Notes under the pieces: model-generated
Database searches by the model: none
What the model was told of the DNA's origin: nothing
Seen by the model: the letters and a program-made list of their open reading frames with translations, nothing else
Translations under genes and position numbers: made by a program
Part shown: positions 51,093 to 64,000 of the stretch, piece by piece
How the letters are laid out: each line of letters begins with the position of its first letter
Numbering within the stretch: the first letter of the stretch is position 1
Origin: Paraspadella gotoi
Lineage: Eukaryota > Animalia > Chaetognatha
Length of the DNA: 64,000 nt
Assembly (NCBI GenBank): GCA_051294375.1
Contig: CM119263.1
Coordinates: forward strand, 20,916,695-20,980,694
Direction of reading: 5' to 3'

Positions 51093-54000
51093 TTTAGAAG
51101 TCTTCGTTTGCGGATTCGTCTTTCTTCAAGCGTTTCGTCGCAAGATTCTCTAAGCCTCAACGGTTTTCGCGGCAACCCGTTGAGAGAAGTCCCGCCTGCG
51201 TCGGCCTTCTGGGTGGCCGAGCGAATTGACGGATTCCATCATCGAAAGAAACTTGCAAAACTTTCGACGGACGTAAGGATCCCTGCGGCGCCTTCCGGCT
51301 CTGCTTTCATTGCCGATTAGGGGATCCTAACTAGCGACGACGCCGTCGGCTAATTTTGGACACGTCGACGGATTGTGCCATCGCCGCTCCTCTCGAACTA
51401 GCAGTGAGATTGAAGCGGTTTCGATTCGTTCTTATTTCTGCAATCTTCGCTCTTCGGCTGCTACGACTTCGCCGAAGCTTTCCAATGATTTCAACGCCGC
51501 GTTTGTCACCTGCGCAGTGAATAGGATCGCGTGGAAATAAAGCGCGGCGAGATTAATTGCGTCGTGCGCGAGCTCGAGTGCCGAAATTCTTTGATCGGAA
51601 ATTCCCCTTCGCGTTTTTGCGGACTTCGTCGCTCGTTTGTAAGACGAATTTAGATTGCGCTAGTGCGCACGAACGAGGAAAAAATCGATTAACTTCGCGA
51701 CGCCGACAGTATTCCCCCTACCAAAATTTCTACGAGATATCTGGACTTTACCCCTTCTTCAAAGCGGGACATGATTCAGTCCTGAACGCACGTACCTTTC
51801 AAGGAATGCAACTCTTCCTGCCGTAAACCTTCACGTCGATGAAGTGTCGATAGGCCCATGCGATATCGTACGATCGCCCGCCAAAACCACTCGACACAAG
51901 AAAACATTGCCGGTCGCCAACGCGAAGACACGAGTCCGTGCAGTCTACGAAAGAATCCGGGCCGCTATTTCAGGAGGAAATGGCGAAGACGAGGCGATGG
52001 AAGTTTCTGTTCGCGGCTCCCTCAACCGCCTCCATAATATTCTTGGGCGCGCCGCTTTCTCAATTCGCGGGCTAACTGTGTCGACGCGAGCCTCATCGGT
52101 TGAAAGCATCGCTTCGACCAGGACGTCCCGGGCTCCGTTGCAACAAGGCATGGACGACGATGCCTGAGTTGCCGGATATCCCTCTGAAAGGGAAACCGAT
52201 TCTCGGCTTGCAAACCGTCCCGACGAACGGTAAAGGCGTGGCGTCCATCCGGCCGTTTCTCGCCCCCTCCACCGTCTGCCAGAAAAGAAGACGCTCGATA
52301 CGCCGATCCGTCTTATTTTCCGTCCAACATCCAAGTGAGTTCGAGGATAATTGCGCCACCGAGGAAAATAATACATCCCGACCCTATACGATCGACCCGG
52401 CCGAACGACTGTCTGCGTTTCTCGCGGAGTTGCGTCCGACCGCTTCGGCGGTAGGGCTTGGGCTGACCCCTGAGACTGCTGCGGTTACTTCTACAGGAAC
52501 ACGAGAGCCTCATAGTCTATCTTCGGACATCGATGCCGCCGCCAATTGAGATCAACCCCGCGGAAGGCTCGGTAGCCGATTTGACGGTCTCTCGGTCGGC
52601 GTCGAGAGGACGCTGCGCCGGATTTTAGTGCCGATTTTTTTCGACTCTTCGTGGAGCATCGGAAAACTGAGAGCGATGCGTGACGGCCGACGGATCGCAT
52701 AACGTAACTAGCCGCCGCAGATCGCCGCCATTTAAGGACGAGAGTGGCAAAAGCAAAACGAGAGAAGAGAGAGAATATGGCTAAGCGTCAGCCACGCCCC
52801 TTTTTCTCACGCCTGCGAATTTTTCCCCAAATTCCCACGTTGTGGAATGCACGCAATATCCGGTTTCGCCTGCTGCGACGAACCTTCCGGTTCAAGTGGA
52901 CGCTCGGATCGTGACGACGATTACGGGTTGAAGCTTGGATCTCGAAGGCGGCGTTCGAGCGTAGAGAACTTATACGGCGGACATTTCTGAGAATAAGCAG
53001 CGTGTGCTTTCCTTTTTTTTAGTTTTAATATTAATTTTTAGCTTTTTACATTATTTTTTTTTTTTGCTTTAGTTAAATATTTATTTTGTAGGTTTTTAGT
53101 TATTTTGTGTGTCTTGGTTTTCGACAGGTTAACCTCAACTTTCAATCGATCGTACGGCTCGTTATCTCCGAGAAAGTGTTATTAACCATTCATGCCTTTT
53201 TTCCCAGGTTTTCGTAACTTTACGCCTCGGGGCTAATTTGCGATTTTCCTCGCTGGGGGAAATTTCTCCCCAAGCATTACAAATTAACTACGCGTAGTTC
53301 TCCCTTTGTATTTTGGGACTTAGACGATTTTTTCTGCTAAATTTTTTTTTCGAATAATTTTTCTCTTTTTGTACAACAAGGTTCGTTCCCTCTCGTTGTG
53401 CGGGGGTCAGTCCAATTTTTTGATATGAATAATTAGTATTTTTTTAGAAAAAAATATTTTTTAATAATACTTTGTTCGTTTTTTAGAAAATGGATATTTT
53501 TTTCGATTGTTTAGTATTAAGTTACTAACCCATTAAATTTCAAAGTGTATTTTTAGTTTCTTTTTCAGATTCGTTTTCGTAGGACGTTGAGAAAAAAGGT
53601 GAAGATTGAGTCAAGGTCAAGGCTTCTTGTTAAGCGAGAGGAGGGACAAAACAACCAACGCTCGCCAAAGCGTGTTCTTCCCGACCAGAACAAGACGGAG
53701 AACGAAACCACTCTCCGGAGCTGGTGTTGCCAACCACCCCACTGCATAGGAACGCCCGATCTTGCCACATTTTTTGTATTTATTGTTAGCTTTTGTATTT
53801 TTTATAGCTCAGAGAAGATGCGACAATTTAGAGTAGGTAAGAATAATATAGATTATCTCTCTTTGATCGTTTATATATTCATAATTTGCCCCTAACGTTT
53901 TTCAGGCTTTTATAAATTTTGCTTCGCTATTCGAATGTCTCTAGACGGACGGAGTCTCGCGAGTCGACGCTAAAATATCACAAATATTTAGGCCTTCGGA

Positions 54001-56316
54001 GTGACGGTCTCCTCGTTCAAGGACTGTCTCCCTGCGCGCCGCTTAGGCGGGCGCACTTCCTTTACGTATAGCCGGTCCGTTCAGAATGTTGGAAAAGTCG
54101 CTCGGAACTTCGAATATTTTTTCCTAAATCGGTTACGATACAGTTGTTTGTTTGTACCTTCGCCTCCTTCTTGGCGACTCGAACAACTTTACCGAAAACC
54201 TTTAAGTTTACTGCCCTATCGAACGTTTACGACGCGGTTTCTCTGCATGGCAAGTTAAATCTTTCGTATTCGTTGGTATATTGTACGCCCACTTTTTGTG
54301 TTTTTCTCCCTTAAAATAAGTTAGCAGGGTGCTGGGCTAGGGAGCCAGCGACGAGAAGGTTTATCATTGTTATTGCTTTGCTTACTTTTTGGCAGGGTTT
54401 GAGGTCTCGCCCCATCCGTAGTCATATTGCTTTGCCTTGCCGAAATACTTGATCTCGTTGCTTCGCATTCGGATGGCTTAAAGTAAGGGGAAACCAATAA
54501 AATAACTTCCTTCAGCGCAATTTAGATTTGATTACGTTTTTAGAGTGATAGATATTAGTTTTCGTATTTATTCGGGTTTTGTTTAGGTATTGATTTCGTT
54601 TTAGGTCTAGTCTAACATTTTATTTTTTGCCAACCTACTACGACATAAGTAGATAGAGGAATGTTATTATTTTTGTTTTCAGTGTATTTCACAGCTTATA
54701 TTTCAAGAATAGTTCATTCAAGAAGAAGAAGATTTACAAGATTCAACGACGGAAGATATTAGTACAATTCGATTGTTTCAATTTACTATTTTTCCCGTAG
54801 GAGTAGTCTAAGATTTTTTTGTGTCGTAGTACGGTGTGCGTCTCCTAATAGTTTTTGGTAAGGAGTCGAATATACGCAGATCTCAAAGATTCGGTCTTCG
54901 TTATCGGGGTCCTCATCGAGAATCGTAGAGGGACGTTTGAGAATTGCTTGTGACATGACTGAAGATATGCTTGGCGGATTCTCTGATGCGGCCCACCTGC
55001 GTAAGGGAAAATTTGAATATTGAGATTGTGTTATTCGCCTCAGGTTGTTCGTGACCATGAAAAGGACCTTTTTGGCCCTCGCCATGTTCGATTGAAGGTT
55101 GAAGGGTTGATTCGTTCTTAGCCGTCCGAAATTTACCTCGAGATCCTAATTTCGTTCCTGCGGGGGCGGGAAAGTTGCATTTTGGTGAGCGTGTATATCG
55201 CTTTACAAGATCGACAACCTTTTTTATTTTTCTTTTACCTTTTCGGTCTTGAATTCGAATTGGTTCGGCGTGCCGTATTGTCCTAACAAATTCGGGCTTC
55301 CATTAATATTCACGCTTCTTTCCTAGTTGGTACTTTCGGAAGTCACGGGTGTTACAATATGTCGGGCCGGAAGATCGGCACCCGAGGGTCAGTTAACAAC
55401 CGGTCTTCCGTCTACGACCCTAAGTGGAAAAATATCGGCGTTTAAAGTCGGCCACCGGGTCCAGTTATAACCGACTTTAGATTTCGATAAAGGCTATATT
55501 GTTTTGCTTTATTATTTAGTAATTTGGTTAGTGATATGCCCGGAAGCTAGTAAACCGAAATTCTATTTTTTGTCAGTAGTCAGTTAGATGATATTTAGCT
55601 CCCAATGTCTCATTCCCCCCTGCCTTGTGTCAATTTATTTCTAGGATCTTTTGTTCATTTTTTCGTTAGCGGGAAGTGTTTTTTAGAGTCAGAAGAAGTC
55701 TCAGTTTGTTAGCGTTTTCGTTTGTATAATAATGGTTGTTTAACGGGTGACTGAAACACGCCGTTCGAGTCAGGATTTACCTTTTTTATTTCGCAGTCAG
55801 TTTGGTACGCTTCGGTAACCGTAACACGGCGCTTCGCGATGAGCGGGGCATATGCGATCTCGAGCTGTACGCGTGACACCGATGTACGAATCGAACTTCG
55901 AAGCCTGTTTTTTGAGTCAGACAGAAGAATTTGATATTACGGCTTAATGTATTTACCATCTCGTACAATTTTGATCATAATTCGTGTCTTTGTACTCACT
56001 GTTTCGTCTTCAAAACTCATGACTTGAAGTACAACCGCGTGTGGAGAGAGCTAGCGCTCGCGTCAGTTGTCGTCTGCCGCGTGCTCGTCTCTCCGTTTGT
56101 CGGCTTTGAGGAAACGTGTTCCTGTTTTATGGATCGCACAGTTTATTTTAGTTTTAGCAAGTAAGTCTGGGCGCATTTTTTGCATACTCAGCTTTAAAAT
56201 TTTTTCCTTCTCTACTTTCCATCCCCACTGCGCCCGGATATATTGATTGATTATTTCTAGACATGCTCGGGTATCCCCAGTATTGCCATGTTGTCATGCC
56301 TGAGATAGCGGGGCGG

Positions 56317-57039
56317 TGTTACGAAATCATTATCAATATATATACCGTGGAAATCAAACTTTTCTTCTTTACCACCCCGATGCTTCTTTATTTCTATTTT
56401 ACTAACGCAAGGAAATTCTAATTCTTCCGCGATCACAGCGACATCTCTGGTTTCTAATTTGTATCATAGTATAATATACTTAAGTACAGCTTCCGAGTGG
56501 CTACGCATTGGCTGTTTCTGATGTTCCCGCCGTTTCGTCAGATCCTCAGGCATTGATTCTCTATGACGTGTAACCTCTCAGATTTGTTCAGTCTTGCAAT
56601 GCGTTTTTACTACTTTTAAAAGATAATAAATCGCTATTTAAGATATCTCGGAAACTCTTTTTAATAGAGAAACTAGTGATCGCTGGATTGGTGGACTTTT
56701 CCTTGTGATAGACGGCAACCATTTCTACAAATTTGCATCAGAAACAAGTAAGATGGATTCTTTAAACTTTATATATATATTTGCTGAGTTGTGTATTAAA
56801 ATGTTTTTTATTCTTGCCAGGACTTCTAACTCCTACTCTCAAATTCTACTTACATCAACTAGAAGTGCTGGCTTAGACTTTCGTCGTCAGATACCTCATC
56901 TTGAGCGTCAAGGACCGGCGCATCGTCTCGTCCGCGCCATCTAAACCTCGAATTCCTCTCGTTTTGATAGCGCAGGATCGGCCTCAGCCCAGTTAGTTGT
57001 CAAAGACAGCCAACCTTCTACGAACATAAGTTCAATACA
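56317..57039 (+). repeat. 3' LTR
   Basis: Preceded by the PPT and followed by the TSD. Differs from the 5' LTR mostly by 1-nt indels. Confidence 0.9.
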
Positions 57040-58354
57040 GAGAGGTTATTCCTGACATTTAAGCCATTTGGATCAAACTGTGCACCGCTCGATTCTGAGC
57101 GACGACCAATTTCTTTCGCTTCACGACTTAATCTAATTCCTCCTCGTGATGGAATTTATATTCGCGACGACGCGATGCACTTGCTTTAATTTTCAATTTA
57201 TTCACTAGAGTCAAAAACAAAAGACGGGTTTTAGTTGACGTGGGTGTCGTCGTCGTCGTCGACCTGTTGTTGTTGTGGTCCGTATTTCTTCAAAATTAAA
57301 TTTACTATTTTTTCACAAATTATTCGTTAATTTCTGAACATAAATACTTTTTAATATTCGTAATAAATTATTCCGTTACTCGAGTTTTTTCGTCGTCAGT
57401 CTTCGTATTCTTACGTCGTCAATGACTTGGTCATCGTCGTTCGTCGTCGACGCTAACTTTGTGATGATTGACGACGACATGACGTCGTCGTTTTCGTCGT
57501 CGTCGTTTGTCTGTTCCCAAGAATACAAGTATAACTGTTATCATTGCCGCACCGTTAGTCTTTTAGTCGGCCATTGCATAAGTTCACCCTATAAGCATGA
57601 CACTTTCAGTTGTGTCCGGTGGCTCATTTAGTAAAGCATCAACTCATAACCACTAGGTGTCAGGTGGAAAAAATAATGGAAAAAAAAAGGAAAAAATAAT
57701 TGACTCGGTTTGGAAAAAACGGTTAATTTTATTATCAAATATATTTTTTGGCTGCGGTTAATAGGTTTTAATATGTAATATGACCTCCCGAGGACTGAAT
57801 AAAAAGATTATTTCTCAACAGCATAACATTGTTTAATGCATCCAAATACTTCCAAAAAGGTTGTCTCAAACTTTTTTCACCTCTTTTTGTTAAAGAGGAC
57901 TACTCACATTATTTGTTAATATTATATCTCTGACATAATATTTTTTATCGGATTTAGAGCAAAAAAATGCCGTCCTTGGCCAGCAGTGAAAAAATATTGA
58001 TCCCCTATAATGTAAACCAGGCTTGAGTTGTTGTTTTTGCATAATGTGATGATGCATTGTCTTTCATTTCAACAAAATTCTTGATTTTTATTTTTTTACT
58101 TTTTTTTGGACTATGATATTGTTTCTGATAATACATCCAGAGGTAATAAAAATTATAACTTTGCTCATAGAAAGGTTACCCGGAGCATTAAAACTTTTAT
58201 TGATACTTTAAAATATAAAAAAAAATATTCTAGAGCCATTACTGCATTAATGTATTTTTAATACCACTATTTTTTTGACATATGTATTAGATTCATCCTC
58301 TCTCTCTCTCTCTCTCTCTTTGTGCGAGTCTTTTTATTATCTCTCTCTCTCTTG

Positions 58355-58386
<32 letters not shown>

Positions 58387-58548
58387 TTTCCAAACATTTT
58401 AACAGCAAGAGAGGGTACGAGACCGACGGTTTTTGGGTCGATTAAAATCGTCTTTAAAAATCGGTAAGAATTAAGAGATTTAATTTATTGTCTGTCTGTC
58501 AAACAGCTTATTAATAAAAACACATCTACTCCCCTTCATAAAAGTCAG

Positions 58549-59290
58549 TTTTTTAGTCGGATCTGCTTATCAGCAGATTGCGACTCTATAATTCACTTTG
58601 TCGGTCGGTCGGTCGCACCCCAAAATATTGTCGGTAAATCATTATTACCATATCATAACCTCAAATTATGATAAAAGAAAGGAAATAACATAATGATAAA
58701 TTATACAAAAAAATGTCCGTCCGTCCGTCCGTCCGTCCGTCCGTCCGTCTGTCCGTCCCCCATAAGCAAAAAACTCCAATTACTCGTGATTGGATGGAAT
58801 GGATTGGTATGAAATTTGTATGTGGGTAGGAAACTGTGCGATTGCGATTGATATGAAGTTTCGATGGAATGTGCGAGTGTAATTGTTTCAAATGGAAAAA
58901 ACAAAAAAATATATTTCACTATTTGAACGCCAATTGCTCATGAGAGGATAGGGCAATTGACTTGAAATTTTGTAATGTTGGTAAGAAAGTGTGTGATTGA
59001 CTGGAATATAAAGGTTCGAGATGGAATAATTGCAAGTGGGAAATGAGTTTAAAAATGGAAAAAAAAGAAGTCATATTTAACTTGAAGTAATTTACTTAAA
59101 TTAACTCATTATATTACTTATATGTTGTATTAAAAAAATTGGATAGATAAATTGAAAATGGAATTTTTGTGTGTGGGTAGGGAAAGTAATGTGATAAAGC
59201 TGGTATAAATTTTTGATGGATTCGAGGAGTGGAAAAGAGTTCAAATTAGAAAACAAAAGACATATTTATTTGAATTTAATTTATAAAGTT
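58549..59290 (+). mobile_element. HINE family A copy; fragments also at ~1890-1940, 23100-24025 (interrupted by Tc1) and 62728-62781
   Basis: TTTTTTAGTCGGATCTG...CGACTCTATAATTCACTTTGTCGGTCGGTCGG, (GTCC)n, and three core repeats reverse-complementary to 47450-48230. Confidence 0.75.
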
Positions 59291-59371
59291 TCTCTCTCGT
59301 CTTATCTCTCTCTGATTGAATTGGATTGATTGATTGATTAGATTGTATTGATTATGAGATGATTGATTGAA

Positions 59372-59672
59372 TTGACCAAATTGATGTCCAATGACTAAAA
59401 TATATGCCATTGAGACCAAATTTCTCACAAAGTTATGACCAAATTATGCCAGTTGACCAAATTATGCCAGTTGAGACCAAATTCTGCAAGTTGACCAAAT
59501 TATGCCCGTTTACCAAATTATGCCAGTTGACCAAATTATGCCAGTTGACCAAATTATGCCAGTTAATAAAATTATTCCAGTTGATAAAATTATGCCAGTT
59601 GACCAAATTATGCCGGTTGACCAAATTATGTTAATTGACCAAATTATGTTAATTGACCAAATTATGTCAGTT
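59372..59672 (+). repeat. 18-bp minisatellite GTTGACCAAATTATGCCA
   Basis: About 15 tandem units, decaying at both edges. Confidence 0.95.
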
Positions 59673-60404
59673 AAAAATGCTCTGTCTTCAAAGTTGTACG
59701 TATTTTTGTATTAATCATGCGATTATCATGAAAAATGAATAAATTATGGGTACTACCCTCCAAATCCATGGGTCTTCTTGTACAAAAGGCATCAGGGCAA
59801 AAAAGTCAGGCTTATATGAAAAAATGATAAAAAAAATTGATTTGACCATGGCTCATTCATAATTATGTTTTTGCATAAAAAAAAGAATATAAAAAAATAA
59901 TAAACATCAGATTTTGCGTAAATTGATTACCTCCAATCTGATGTTTTTAGAAATGCAAAATGTTTACTCGTTTTCTTTAATTATAATTATGAACGAAAAA
60001 AATAATATTTTCGAAAAAACTGGAAAATTCCATTTTTTTATTAAAGAAAATGTCGTATCATCAAATTTGTGCATATTTTTTATTCAAATTTATCATGAAT
60101 GATCACAACAACATAGATTTACCGCTACTACTCTCCATTTTCGTTTTTTTTCTCATAACGAAGACATCAGTGCAAAAAAGTAAAATATTTGATAAAAAAT
60201 ATAAACTTCTATAAATACAAATTTCTGATTTATTAATTGATTATGAACAAGCCCTGATTCAAAATTGTCGCAAAAAATATGTAGAGGTAGGGGCTTGGTC
60301 TGCTGTAACAGAATATGTATTAAAAATGCGTTTTTGTAACCATTTTGTGACAGTACCATAATTTCAAAAATATACAGTAAAAAATTTTGTTACACTTTTT
60401 TTTT

Positions 60405-61000
60405 TATTATCGAGCCATGACCGGCGAAGCCGGTTCAGGCTCGATATTGATTCGGGTCAGTTTCTTTGTGACGTCGTCGTCGTCGTCGTCGTCGTCGTCG
60501 TTGGCGTCACGCTTTTTTGTATAAAAACTACTACGCTTTTATAGTTTTGGCTGGACTTACCGTTTTTTTTTAAATAAAAATTATTATTAATTACGATGAA
60601 GTTTTATAAAAGTGTGCGATCATAGTAAGTTAAAAATTTAGATATGGCTTCTCATCTTGAAATAGCTCTGATATTTTCTTATTACATTTGGATTTAAGTA
60701 TTTTTTGTTTGAATTTCCACTTCATTTTGATTTACTGCTATATGAAAATGAGATTATAGTACTCATTATAGTATCCAAATTAGTATATAGAAATGCTTTA
60801 ATCTAATTTACATATTGCAGTATATAATATTGAAGATGAAATTCAAAAATTTTTTTTTGAAATCTATAATAAAAATGGGAACTCAAAGGAACTTTTTAAT
60901 GAGAAGCTATATCTTAATTTTAATACAAATAAAAATAAAATCTTTTACAAGCTGCGATTGGAAAAAATTGGAAAAATTTCCAATTGTAAACAATTGTAAC
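60405..61000 (+). mobile_element. HINE family B copy (homologous to 20286-20860)
   Basis: 5' hairpin TATCGAGCC..ACCGGCGAAGCCGGT..GGCTCGATA followed by (GTC)n. ~550 bp colinear with 20286-20860. Confidence 0.75.
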
Positions 61001-61460
61001 ATATTTTTGCCTTTCTTTTATTACTTTAAATTATATTTATATATATTTTTTTATTTTTGGTTTAAAAATTTGAATTTTGAACGTTTTTGAACGTTATATT
61101 TTATAGTTTCTTATGAATTAGTCCATAACATTTATTTGTGTCAATTTAAACGTGAGTGTCTTTTGTTTTTATTGAATTTTAATAGTTTAGTTTTTTTGAC
61201 ACTAGATACTGTTTTTGATTTTGTCAATACTGTTTTGGTATTAATAAAAAAAAAAAAAGTTTGAGCAAACAATGTCGGATCTGCCTACGATAATTAATTA
61301 ATTAATAGAATTAATTAATTAATTTAAAATTAAATTATTAATAATTAATTAATTAATTTTAATAAATTAATATATTAGATTGTATCATCGTCCCTTAAAA
61401 TTGAGTCAGGACAGTTATTAAATGTTTTGTTACATTTTATCAAAACAAACAAATATCCTC

Positions 61461-61814
61461 TATTATCGAGCCAGGCGGGCAAAGCCCGTCCTGGCTAGAT
61501 TTTGATTCGGTTTAGCTTTGCGGTCACGCTTTTTTGCAATCATGGCTTCTGAAAGTGGATATCATAGGGAGTTGAAATTTCATATATGCTCTCTAAGATC
61601 AAGATCTTTAAAATTCTCATGTTTCATATCAATATTCGTATTTTTATGTTTTATTACAAAACAAAAACGTTTTAATTATATGTCGCCTCTCTCTCTCTCT
61701 TCTTTTAAATATATGTCGTCTCTCTCTCTCTCTCTTTCTTCCTCCGTCACTGCTCTTCTGATTTGTCTAAAAACGAGTTCCGGCTCTGCAGCGTCTGTCC
61801 AGCTTCTTTCTCTC

Positions 61815-61854
<40 letters not shown>

Positions 61855-62215
61855 TTTTTTTTAACAAAAACATTTTTTAGATATAAATGTGGGCTCACTA
61901 ATGTAAAAAACGATGCCGCGAAACAGGGTGCGAACCCGGGTCCTTTGGTAGAGAAGAGCTCACGCTACGTCCAGCACCATAGGTACTGCTGATTCTTTAA
62001 CGAGTAAAGGAGCTGTAGAGCTTCTCTCTCTCTCTCTTTTTCTCTCTGTGTGTGTCTGTCCCTATCTGTCGATCTCTTGCGTGATCGTTTTGTTTTTTGA
62101 AAAATTCTGATTATTTTTTCCTTCTCAAAAACTTTTTATTATTACCATTTATTCCGCGCTTTTTTCAATACAAAATCCCATATTTTTATCCGAGATTTTC
62201 GTGGATTTATTCTCT

Positions 62216-62293
<78 letters not shown>

Positions 62294-62615
62294 CTCCTTT
62301 CACTCATACACGCATTTGTTTGTTTTATGACTATCATCGCATCAATGAATGACAATCATCGCATCAGTGAATGACTATCATCACAGCAGTGAATGACTAT
62401 CATCGCATCAATTAATTGATTATCATCGAATCAATAATCAATTCCTATTACATCACTAATTACTATTACATCAATCAATTAGTATTACCTCAATCAATTA
62501 CTATTACATCAATATATCGTTATCGCATGATTCATTCGTTTTTTTCCCGGGTTTTTTTATTAATTTTCTTTGATAGTGGGCTCTGGCTCGATCTTGAGTC
62601 TTTTAAGATTTTTTT
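61461..62615 (+). mobile_element. HINE family B subfamily, complete; homologous copies at 31470-32940 and 39078-41165
   Basis: 5' ATCGAGCC hairpin, 3' subterminal inverted copy GGCTCGAT plus a short stem-loop and T-run. Internal ~20-24-bp tandem repeats (ATGACTATCATCGCATCA). Confidence 0.7.
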
Positions 62616-62694
62616 ATTTTATATGTCTCCTTTTCTCTCTTTCTCTCTCCACTCCTCTCTCTCTCTCACTCCTTCTTTCTCTCCTCTCTCTCTC

Positions 62695-62729
<35 letters not shown>

Positions 62730-64000
62730 TTATGCAATAGCGACGGATCCTTATGCTTTTAAGATTTTTTTAACTTGCATCCTGGGAAGATGGGTATCTA
62801 GCTAAAGGTAGGTTCTAACTAGTCTCTCATCAGGGAAAAGAGGTAAGTAGGGTAAGTATGTAATGGTAATAGGAAAACAGATATAACAAAGGGTATCAAG
62901 GGTACATAAAAGGGAGAGAAGGAGAGCGAAGGTTTGCAGACCCCGAGACCGAGAGGAGAAGTTGAGAGGTGGAAGTCCGATCTCCAAGACTATCCGTGAC
63001 TCCGGGGATGAAGAGGAGGGGACGATGAGGGGAGGAGGAGGCGTTGAGAGGGGGAAAGAAGGCCCGGGGGAGAGAGACAGGTTCTGGGCGGTAGGGTGAG
63101 CCTCTATCTTGTGCCCCTCTCTTGGTCGGACGCCACACTGGTCTTGAATGTCACAGGTGGGCGTCGCCATCATCTTGGTGTGCGCGTGGAGTTTGTGGAG
63201 AGGTAGGGGAAGAGGCGGACGCTGGCCGGGTCAGGCGGACTGGTGGGGTGGACGCCATTTTTGGGAGCGGGGGGATGTCGTCCTAAGGTCCTCTAGAGTC
63301 GACGCTTTCATTGGTTGGTTGGGACGGAGAGGTCAGAGAGGGCGGAACCGGAAGTCGCCTTGATTCTCGTGGATCGACGGGTAATAACTGGTCGGAGGGT
63401 GGAAGGCGGAAGGTATTTGTTTCTCGCCTTGAGTCTTCAGGGGGGTTGGCTTTTGGGTAGGGGATGGAGGGTACAATTGCTCAAGGGGAGAGGGAAGGCA
63501 CACTACTTTTAATAATCAATATTTAATTTTTTGTTTTGTTTTTTTGTTGTTTTTAGGAAAACTAAACTATAATTGGGTTTTACAAAGGAAATCGCGAACA
63601 TGTACTAAAAAAGTGTTATAAAAGGGGGGGAAAAATCAGCCAAATTTCTGCAAAAAGTTTAGCGGGAAAACATGACGGAAAAGAAAAAAAAAATATGTAA
63701 CTTGGATTGAATCATACTGTGAGANNNNNNNNNNNNNNNNNNNNNNNNNNNNNNNNNNNNNNNNNNNNNNNNNNNNNNNNNNNNNNNNNNNNNNNNNNNN
63801 NNNNNNNNNNNNNNNNNNNNNNNNNNNNNNNNNNNNNNNNNNNNNNNNNNNNNNNNNNNNNNNNNNNNNNNNNNNNNNNNNNNNNTCTAAATATGAAACT
63901 AAAAACGTTTCAATGATAATTCAAACTTTTTTAAAAAAAAGTTTCTAAATTCGAAACTTAAAAAGATGGCAAAAAAAAGGTGTTGTAAATCATACTGTGA

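Larger units (their letters stand above)
50365..57039 (+). mobile_element. Complete non-autonomous LTR retroelement (BEL/Pao-like ends, LARD-like), 6.7 kb
   Basis: Two ~725-bp direct repeats TGTTACG...ACA. 5-bp TSD GAGAG at 50359-50363 and 57040-57044; the empty site AAAAAAGAGAGGTTATTCC is seen at ~43507. Polypurine tract GAGATAGCGGGGCGG at 56302-56316. No RT or integrase motifs recognised. Confidence 0.9.
48463..58297 (+). repeat. Composite unit, partial copy C (equivalent to ~41583-44760), interrupted by the LTR element
   Basis: 48463-50363 and 57040-58297 align to copy B on either side of the LTR insertion. Confidence 0.9.

Noticed and set aside
59404-59714. Repeat ORFs (DQIMPV / LTKLCQ / NWHNLV) or a CRISPR-like array
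   Set aside because: An 18-bp minisatellite open in several frames by chance, with no synonymous bias and no unique spacers.

Overview
This is AT-rich eukaryotic (invertebrate-like animal) genomic DNA with abundant (GA)n microsatellites and six N gaps. Three gaps are exactly 25 N and flanked by indel-rich sequence, which points to long-read gap filling. Most ORFs in the supplied track are microsatellite or repeat artefacts. One coherent five-exon gene can be built on the minus strand (19810-17784, 276 aa). It is Cys/Pro/Gly-rich and ends in seven tandem (A/P)RKS motifs resembling the histone H3 K9/K27 context, and its repeat units differ only at synonymous sites. Directly downstream lies a ~340-nt structured tRNA-derived element whose ends resemble an HDV-like ribozyme fold. 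Other content: a degraded BEL/Pao LTR retrotransposon (~25.7-31.3 kb), a complete non-coding LTR element with 5-bp TSD (50365-57039), a Penelope GIY-YIG 3' fragment, two minimal hammerhead motifs, deleted Tc1 elements, a hAT-like palindromic MITE, two Helentron/DINE-1-like (HINE) families, a second tRNA-SINE, a telomere-like G-rich array, and three copies of a ~7-8 kb composite unit that may partly be an assembly artefact. All calls were read by eye; no database search or folding program was run.
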